In this document: positions 55,730 through 64,000 of the stretch, one piece after another
Numbering within the stretch: position 1 is the stretch's first letter
Layout of the letters: each line of letters starts with the position of its first letter
From: Adineta vaga
Lineage: Eukaryota; Animalia; Rotifera
Direction of reading: 5' to 3'
Assembly: GCA_021613535.1 (NCBI GenBank)
Contig: CP075495.1
Coordinates: forward strand, 8,184,001-8,248,000
DNA: 64,000 bases
Made by a program: the position numbers and the translations under genes
Notes under the pieces: generated by a model
Databases searched by the model: none
Seen by the model: the letters and a program-made list of their open reading frames with translations, nothing else
Told to the model about the DNA's origin: nothing

Positions 55730-57011
55730 TACTAATGATAAATACTTGACGTAGTGTTTTTCTTTTGTTTTCTTTTTAAAAATCGTTTAATTTGGAAATT
55801 TTCTTCTTTATTGGTCTCGGTGTAGTATATGTTATTAGTTTTGAAGTTTGATAACTTTTTAGCGATGCATTTTTGTTTTTGAATTTAACAAATAAAATCA
55901 TCGCCAAATGTTCTTTCAATTACGTACTAGGTTGAAATGAAATCTCATTCTTGTCTTTTCACAAACGTTTTCAAAACGTAATTCATAATGAATGTCACGT
56001 AGATCATTCAATTCTTTTAAATCTAGTTTACATTTGTTCGATTTGAATGTTTATCAACACTAGTGAATAGAACAATTCGATTGTAATCTTCATTTTATAA
56101 TCATTTTCAATATCGAACATCTGATTCAATGGTTAAAATCGCTCGATCATAGACGAATTTTATATCAATACCTAATTATTCATATCATTCGATTTTTAGT
56201 ATTTTTGTATGAGTAGTATTGGTATAACTCTCTCTCAACCTACTTTAATTCAACTAGGTCCTTGACTTGATCAATGTTTTAATAGAGAAATTCTTACAAT
56301 ACATGAAGATGTCGAAGTAAACAATGAAGGTTTCGAAGGATTCAATATAATTCTTCAAAGTTTTTGTATTTCTAACGAAACCCTTTTCTGCTATATGGAA
56401 CTTAAAAAAACTGTTCTATAAGAGAAGGTTTTGTCCGTCGGTACAATGCAGAATTTCTTTTTTTCAGAGTACTTATTACGAAGAATATATACTGGTGTCG
56501 CTCGTCTATGGTTAAGCGAGATCAGTAATTGCATAGAAATATTTTTTACTGATTGAATTCCATTGAAAATCTTATCAGTATCATCGGAACATTTTCTCGA
56601 CAAGGAAAAGTGTCGATATGAGATACTTGAAAATTTTCTCAAAATAAAAGCAAATGAAATCAATCAAACACATCTATCTTTATTAAATAATTTTCTAATT
56701 CGATAAAAAGAGATTATTTTTTAATACACACTGTGACGATTTTTGATGGAAGAGATGTATGCGCTGATGGAACTACGCGTTAATTTATTTATCCCTTTCA
56801 ATTGTAACTAATAACATTGTTAAAAAGCGACCTCTCTCAATCGGGAAACTATCGGAGGTGTTGTGAAGTGACTTGAACAATGAGGATGTCATCTGTTCGA
56901 AATCGTTTTAGATTTCTTCTAGAACCTAAATGATATGCACATAGTACAATACTTTATAGTGCATAGATTAATACATAATCTGATTTCTATTTAGATTATT
57001 AACTTGATACA

Positions 57012-58481
57012 ATGAGTTCACTTTCGACAACGGATTCTTCTTTATTTGTTCCTTACGATAAACCAACATCAACATGGAAAATTCTTTTAACAAATTTAAA
57101 TCCTGCTGAACGTGATTACGTTAAATTTTATCTCGGTCAAGTATTAATTGAACAATGCGAAGAAATTGAAGGAGAAATTGATAGTCTACTTGATATCTGG
57201 CGAGATTATCGGTATTTTTCTAAATTTCTTTTCCTATCAAATCTCATTTGATTTGATTCTATAATTTAGTAACGAAACAGTTGCTGATTGTAATGATTCA
57301 TCACTTCCTACCCTAGCTGAACCACCTGTTTTACGTGAACGTTTAACAACTGAAATCGAATTTTTCGTCAAACATATTCATGAACAATGTGCAAATGATG
57401 ATCAAATACTTCGTCGTCGTTTATCGAGTGGACATAATTGGAATGCAATTAATTATGCACTTGTAACAGGTACTGGTGATGATGAACGTCGTATTCGTGA
57501 ACGACCTGTATCTGCACGAGATCGACAAGGACGAGAAACACCGATCTTAGTTATTCCCGAACCTTCAGCTAATATTGATGAAACAAAAAATATCAATCCA
57601 CTTTCACCAAGATCACTTTCTAATATCGATGTAGATAGTGTTCGTAATAAATTAGAAGATTTCACATTTGATGATATGATTCAACGTTTACGTCAAACAA
57701 TTCAAGATGATATCAAAACACTTGAATTTCATGTTACATATTTACATGTAAGATGTCTATATCTTAATTCTTTGGTTTTTTCTTAATTTAATTTTATTAT
57801 ATTCTAGCAAAAATTAGAAGAAGAAGCAGATTATCGTTCTAAAACACGAGGTCTATTACGAGAACCAACTCTTGGAGGTAGAAAAGACGGTTTTGTTTTC
57901 TGTAAATATTAATAAAACGAATTGTATATATTTAGAACTCAAAGATGAACGTAATCGACTTGAAAAAGAAGTATTTAAAACAACTAATATCCCAGTTCCT
58001 CTAGAATCATCAATTTCTTTACAAAGGTACAATTTAATTTACATCTTGTTTTCTTCAAGAAAATAATTCTTTGTTTAGACAAATTTCTTCCCATGATAGT
58101 ACTAGTCGTCGTTCATCAGCTAGTTCGACGACGAGTTCAATTTCAAGTACTCGATTATCAACAGAAAGTGTAATAACAAAGGACAATCGTTCTAGTGGAC
58201 CTTTACGTGCATTTGCTACGGATTCACTAGCATCAAGTAAACCTCGTTTAGCAATCGATCGAAAAATTCCATCAACAATCAAATCTGATCCACCTGTCAT
58301 AGTTCGTTTGGGTTCAATTAAACAACAAGATCTATTAAAAAAATATCCGCAATTAACGACGACGACGACGGCAGCTACGACTACAAAATCCACAAAAACA
58401 TCGGATAATTTAGATTCACGAATAAATTCCGCAGATAAATTTCGACGAATGGTGCTTGATTGTCGAGAAGTAAAGAGTTAA
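57012..58481 (+). CDS. CCDC24: Coiled-coil domain-containing protein 24-like
   Basis: STWKILL..ERDYVKFYLG..EIDSLLDIW, LAEPPVLRERLTTEIEFFV, RPVSARDRQGRETP, EPTL..LKDERNRLEK and C-terminal SADKFRRMV. Recognised from memory of the family. Confidence 0.75.
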
Positions 58482-59681
58482 ATACAAAAACTACTTGGAT
58501 AAAAGAATAACACATCATCAATCTCAAGCTGATGATAATATAGAATTGTATAAATTTTTATTTTATTTTTTTGGATATTCAATGATAATCGTATGATTTA
58601 TTATTTGTTTTTGTTCTTTTCTGAATGATATTTCATTGCATGCATGTAAATTTTTCTTCCAAAAGGAATGATTTATGTTTTGATAAATATTATAAAATAT
58701 TTTTCCAATGAACTATTATGAATTGACTATGACAATTGAAAATAACAAACAATTATTCAAAGCTGATTGATACATTTAGCTTAGTATATACACTTTAGTC
58801 TATCGAAAATTTATTTTTGTATATATTAGAATATCTAGGCTTTCATTTCGATACTAAAAAAAGACTCCGAATAAAGACAATCTTTTATAAATCAATACAT
58901 ATTATTTCAAATAAGAACGCTTTCGTACATTTGAATTATCACTACAAAATCAGAGAAAAAAAGCACATCTGTTTCTTTTAATTTCTTTGTTCTCATATCG
59001 ATTGTATCATGACGCATCTCAGATGTGACATTTCAACATCATCCTGATACATTACCATAATGTTCGATTCTATATTCGGATATGTCCTTATTATTGTTTA
59101 CGTTGTTAATCAATAATAATTCTAATTGTTTCTTTCAAAACTTTTATATCATCAAGATATATTTTTCTAATCAAACATAATATAATAGAATAAACTTTAA
59201 TAATTCAGTTTTTCCTTTAGTTGATGAATTCTATGAGCTGATCATTATTTAGATCTATGGAAGTGCCTCGTTGACTTTTATATATCTTCTTTTGAAAATT
59301 TCTATTTGACATATTTCTATCTTCAATAGATTTTTGTCTTTCATTTAACAAACGAGTTTGTTTATTCAGTGTCTTTCTCACCTAGTCGTTCTTTCATTTT
59401 GTTAGCTTAAAGTGTCCGTTTGTATTTATGTGCGTGCATGTATGCAATGCGATCAACACTTATAAGTAACAAGAGGGTTGTTGTCACTTTCTTGAAGAAA
59501 AAACAGAAGACAAATTTCAAATTGCTCACCAGAAATAAAAAGTAAAATCACATGTTTAAGTTACTTTACATTTCTATACAAAAATACGTGAAATCAATCG
59601 AAATGATTACAGTAACAAACATATTATTTTTTTTCATCTTATAACATTATAATGCTAACATTATGAAACGTTGATGGTAAC

Positions 59682-60989
59682 ATGGCTAAAGTAACGATCA
59701 AAACAATCGTACCAAGTGTAAAACATGTACATGATAATTCAATTGCTTCACCAACACATGATTTTGCTCGAAATATGACAAAGAATGAATCGAAATATCC
59801 GAAAATTTCTATAACATCACTTAAAGACAAGGGTTTATTAGTGCCCGCACGTTTGGCACTTAAACGACAACGCGCAACTCTCAAACCACCTATTACAAGA
59901 TATGAACCAGAAGATTCTGAAGGATTTCAAATCGAACTTGGTCGTACAGAAGAATTCGAACCACAGAACAGCCAAGGTTTGTATACGAAATCATACAATG
60001 ACACCAATTAGAGTTCGCTTTCTTACAAATAGATCGCAAACTATTATTAACCACCCCCAATCATCCTAACTCAGCGCGTGGATGTACACCGCATACGATT
60101 GCCACTGATATTTCAGTTCAATATAAGTACGTTATTGTATTTAAATTTAATATTTTAATCACTGTTGAACTTTGGATGACAAGAAGAAGAACAATACTAT
60201 CTTCTTTTGTGGTTTTAGAGAAAAACCTCTTTCTTCTCATCCAATAACGGGTCAATATATTTCTCAATATACTGAAGATAGTGGCAGTCCATCACCCTGT
60301 TCATATATTTTACCACGTCGACCCTATCGAGAAAAGAATGCACCAGCTTATACATTTGGATTGCGATGTTTAGTTGAAAAAAGTATATATAAGCATAAGA
60401 AAACGAATACAATTTCAAAAATGTTTCTTCGTTTTTTACTCTTTCAGATGGTGGTTCACGTACAGCCTGGCAAAAACAATGGTTTGCACATTCAGATCCT
60501 TATACAACTAAAGTTGATTTTAATCGTGAAACTGTCTGGCCATCACCATTTCATTATCAAGCTAAACCTGCTTTAGGAAATCAAACATCGAAAGTTACTT
60601 TTCCTGCTTGGTCGCTTGCTGCACGTCTTCAAACAAGTCCAACATTAGTTCCAGAAAATAATCCTAGTCCTGATACATATAATACTATATCAGCTTTTCA
60701 TAAATTAAAAGCAACAAACACGTTTATTACATTAAAATCACGTTCTGGTGGTACGCAATTATCTACTGTACCGATCAACGGTAATCTATACATGTTGAAA
60801 ATGAAGAGCTAAATGTTTTCTTTTTTATTATTGTATCATTTAGCTAAAATACCTGGTCCTGGTGCACATGATCAAAAAATGTTTTTATCAAATAAACATT
60901 CAGCACCGAAACATTCATTTGGTTTACGTTTACCAACATCACTTCGACAAGATCCCTATGTGAATACATTACCACCATTAGAAACTTGA
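59682..60989 (+). CDS. SHIPPO/PGP-repeat protein (STPG3/ODF3-like, ciliary)
   Basis: Repeats GSPSPCSY..APAYTFG, WPSPFHY..PAWSLA, NPSPDTY..FITLKSR and PGPGAH..APKHSFG across 5 exons. Confidence 0.82.
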
Positions 60990-61448
60990 TTTATTTTTAT
61001 ACTAACTATCAATATTTTTTCTATTGAAGAGGAAAAAAATTATACATTTTCACTTCTATTTTCTTTTTCTCGTTCTGTATGAGAGAAAACTTTTGTCAAA
61101 CAATAGCTCGATTGCTTAAAGAATATTTGCATAGTAGAACTAACAAAGCATCATACCACATAGTTCTCACTGATAATACAGTACAAGACTTTAGTAACAG
61201 ATGGTACCATTAATATTTTCAAATTTTATGCATTCTGCAATCTATACTGTATTTTCGATAAGGAATATATCATGACAGTAACAAAAAGAAAGAAAGAACG
61301 AAAGAAAGAGTCCACTGATAAAAGAGAAAGAAAAAGAAATAGAACATAGTCACCTATATACACAACCATCTGTACATTATATACACAGATGTGATACAGA
61401 AATTCACTATACATCATAAGATAGTGACGAATACAGAAAAGAAAAATA

Positions 61449-61982
61449 CTAAGATGACGCTGTATTTTCAAACATCCTTTCTTCTAATACTAATTCACCA
61501 ACAAGATATTTTTCTAAGATCATCCATGCATCAAGACTATGTGGTTTATCAGCAAATGCCATAGTTGCATCCGTTCCAGCATATTCAAGCATGATATCAG
61601 AACCACCAGGATGCTAAAAGAAAATGTATTATTGATTGAATCATTCAACGATAATATTTACCTCTCGTATGAATTCTGTAAAATCATAAACAAGATCTTT
61701 GATAACCATCCAACAATCATTTTCTGTACAATGTGCAGAAACTTCTTTCAATGTAAATTGTTTTCTTTTTGGTAATTGAACAACTTTGAAATTGAACAAA
61801 CGATTTTGAAGATTATTCAAGGTATCTAGAGAAGAAAAAGAATAATAATGAATAATTTTATTGAACAAAGAATAGAACTTTACTATAAATATCCATTGTA
61901 GATTGCAAAAAGTGTTTTGATAATAATGTAAATTAAACTTTTTGAGTTTTTCTTTGAAATATGTAGTGAAATGGTTCGACAT
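61449..61982 (-). CDS. Cytochrome b5 heme-binding domain protein, 3 exons
   Basis: FTLKEVSAHCTENDCWMVIKDLVYDFTEFIRE|HPGGSDIMLEYAGTDATMAFADKPHSLDAWMILEKYLVGEL; both axial His are present. Confidence 0.93.
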
Positions 61983-64000
61983 TGTCTATATTTATAATAT
62001 CATCGTTTCGAGAGACACCATCGCTTATGACGAAATGATTGAGAAAAGAAGAGAATAAAGAGGGTGTGTCGAAAAAACATTCAAGTATTGGTTGATTTAT
62101 TCTCTTATTCTCTCTCTTTCTTTCTTACATTTCATTTGAATCGTTTAAGATAATGGACTCGAGCCAAAAAAATTAAACATACAAAAAAAGATTCAGTTGA
62201 ATATTATCACGTCGAGCTTTCATCGGAGAGTGTATTTCATTAAAAAAACGAACGAAAGAAAGAAAGAAAGAAAGGAAGAAAGGCTAGAGCATATGAAGTA
62301 TATGATGCATTGATGCAATGGTTGACATATACGTCAATGTAGTGTATTGATTTATTTATTTCTTTCTTTCTTTTCATATCGAATATTCTACATCATTATA
62401 GTAAGGAGAAAAATGTCATGTTAGCATGACGTTGCATTTGTTCCTTAAATTTCAAATCGAACTTTTAATTCAATCGAAATGACTCAAGATGAATTTAATT
62501 CATCTCTTGATTAGAATATTGCGTCGATTGATAAAAAGTATATGAATAATCATAACTTGAAAGGAACAGATTAGATGATCACGCGTTCTTAAATCATGTG
62601 AACAGAGTGACGACATATTCGCTTGATACTTACTTGAATATCTATAAATTGTAGACAAAGTCTTATTTCTTTACGAAATATTCAATGAAGACAATAGTTG
62701 AACAGTGAATATATTTTCTTTTCTGTTCAATTTTACACATGATTGACCATATCATCGAATAGAAGGATACGAGACAACGAATATTAATCCTTCATTTAAC
62801 CGAAACTATTCATCATGTTGTTTTCTTGTTGATGATGATACACGAAAAACAAATAACGTCATTATTTTTCTGTTTTTTTCGGAATATTTGATAAATTATA
62901 CTGCTTCGCTTATATTATCGTTATGTTAATCAATATATGAAGATATTATATGGAAGTGATCGTACTCATTCGTTTCGATAAAAAGAAGTTAAAAAATATC
63001 TATTTTAATACTATTTATAGATGTTGAGAATGAAAAGTAAAATAAAAGCAGATGGTTTTTTAGGTGGATTTAGTTTTTTTTACAGATTAAATATCTTTAA
63101 TAATCATAGAACAAGTAACTTGTTTGGGAATAAATTGCAGACGATTTCTTTGGAGATATGATGACTTTTACTGTCTTTTGTATCAATTTAAGACTATTGT
63201 TTCTATATTGTCAAATATTCAATCTTTAATTTGTCTATGATAAAAGCATTTCAATATCACTAGATTCAAAAAATTCGATGTTGCATTCAAAAGCTCGTGT
63301 CCATATATTCGACTGATTTTTTACTTTCGTTACTCGTTTCATATTTTTCTCTTTTCCTATCACTTTCGAATATTCACATGGATACACACACCCCCTTAAC
63401 TACAATCTCTTTTGACTATTTCCTCATTCCATTTAGCGTCAACTGACACACCCACTATGCATCATATTAAATAAATCATACTTTATTGCGTCTTTTCCAA
63501 CGACGCAGTTTATATATATATATATATTATATCTTTCTTTGTGTGTCTCTCCCCCCATTTTTACCATATCATACTATACTTTAGGGTCGTTCGATAACAG
63601 GAACAAGACAAGAATGTTCTTTGCTTCTTCAACCTCTATATGTAACAAATATTCGATATTGAAATTGTATTCTATTGCGTTGTTCGGTTTCTTTGCACAT
63701 TAAATATCTGCACATAAAAACGAAAACAGAGAGAATGTGTGCTCGAATTTCTCTTGTAGTTCAATGAATAACAACATAAAATGTTGTGTATGTAATTTAG
63801 AAATACAAATGTAGTTTAATTGAATTCTTCATCTATCGTCACCTTGTGGGAATAACAATAAATGTACACATTAGGGAATGTTACATCCCAGAAATGTTGA
63901 TCATTTACATATAAACAATCTACCATCGAAATTTTTTTTTGTTTTCTGTTTACGATCTTAGTAATATCTACTCAGCTGTAGAAAAGCATGATTTATTCTA

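Noticed and set aside
62000-64000. Possible gene in the last 2 kb
   Set aside because: There is no ORF in the track and no coding-like exon chain; it looks like regulatory or UTR sequence with simple repeats.

Overview
This is a very AT-rich, gene-dense eukaryotic (animal) window with many short GT-AG introns of about 45-65 nt. The composition, intron size and gene content fit a bdelloid rotifer; that is my inference, not a database result. Manual splicing supports about 23 protein-coding loci. In order: a partial unknown gene, SOAT/ACAT, a peroxiredoxin, a class B GPCR, an orphan 2-TM protein, a membrane CAP-domain protein, LRRC9, an SLC26 transporter, ribophorin I, a CBM14+EGF protein, a RING/TRAF pseudogene, an ASK1-family MAP3K, PPM1A/B, COG5, a polyamine oxidase, a CCAP-type neuropeptide precursor, a stanniocalcin-like protein, Maelstrom, two tandem Na/K-ATPase beta subunits, CCDC24, a SHIPPO-repeat protein and a cytochrome b5 protein. 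I saw no prokaryotic defence system, CRISPR array, RNA gene or intact transposon, and I cannot support a new multi-gene system. The most interesting signals are at residue and splice level: an ASK kinase with Asp at its activating Thr, a 2-Cys-type peroxiredoxin without its resolving Cys, a coding-like in-frame intron in GPCR loop ICL1, Maelstrom without an HMG box, and a bacterial-looking CAP domain on a transmembrane anchor. Exon boundaries were read by eye and family calls come from remembered motifs.
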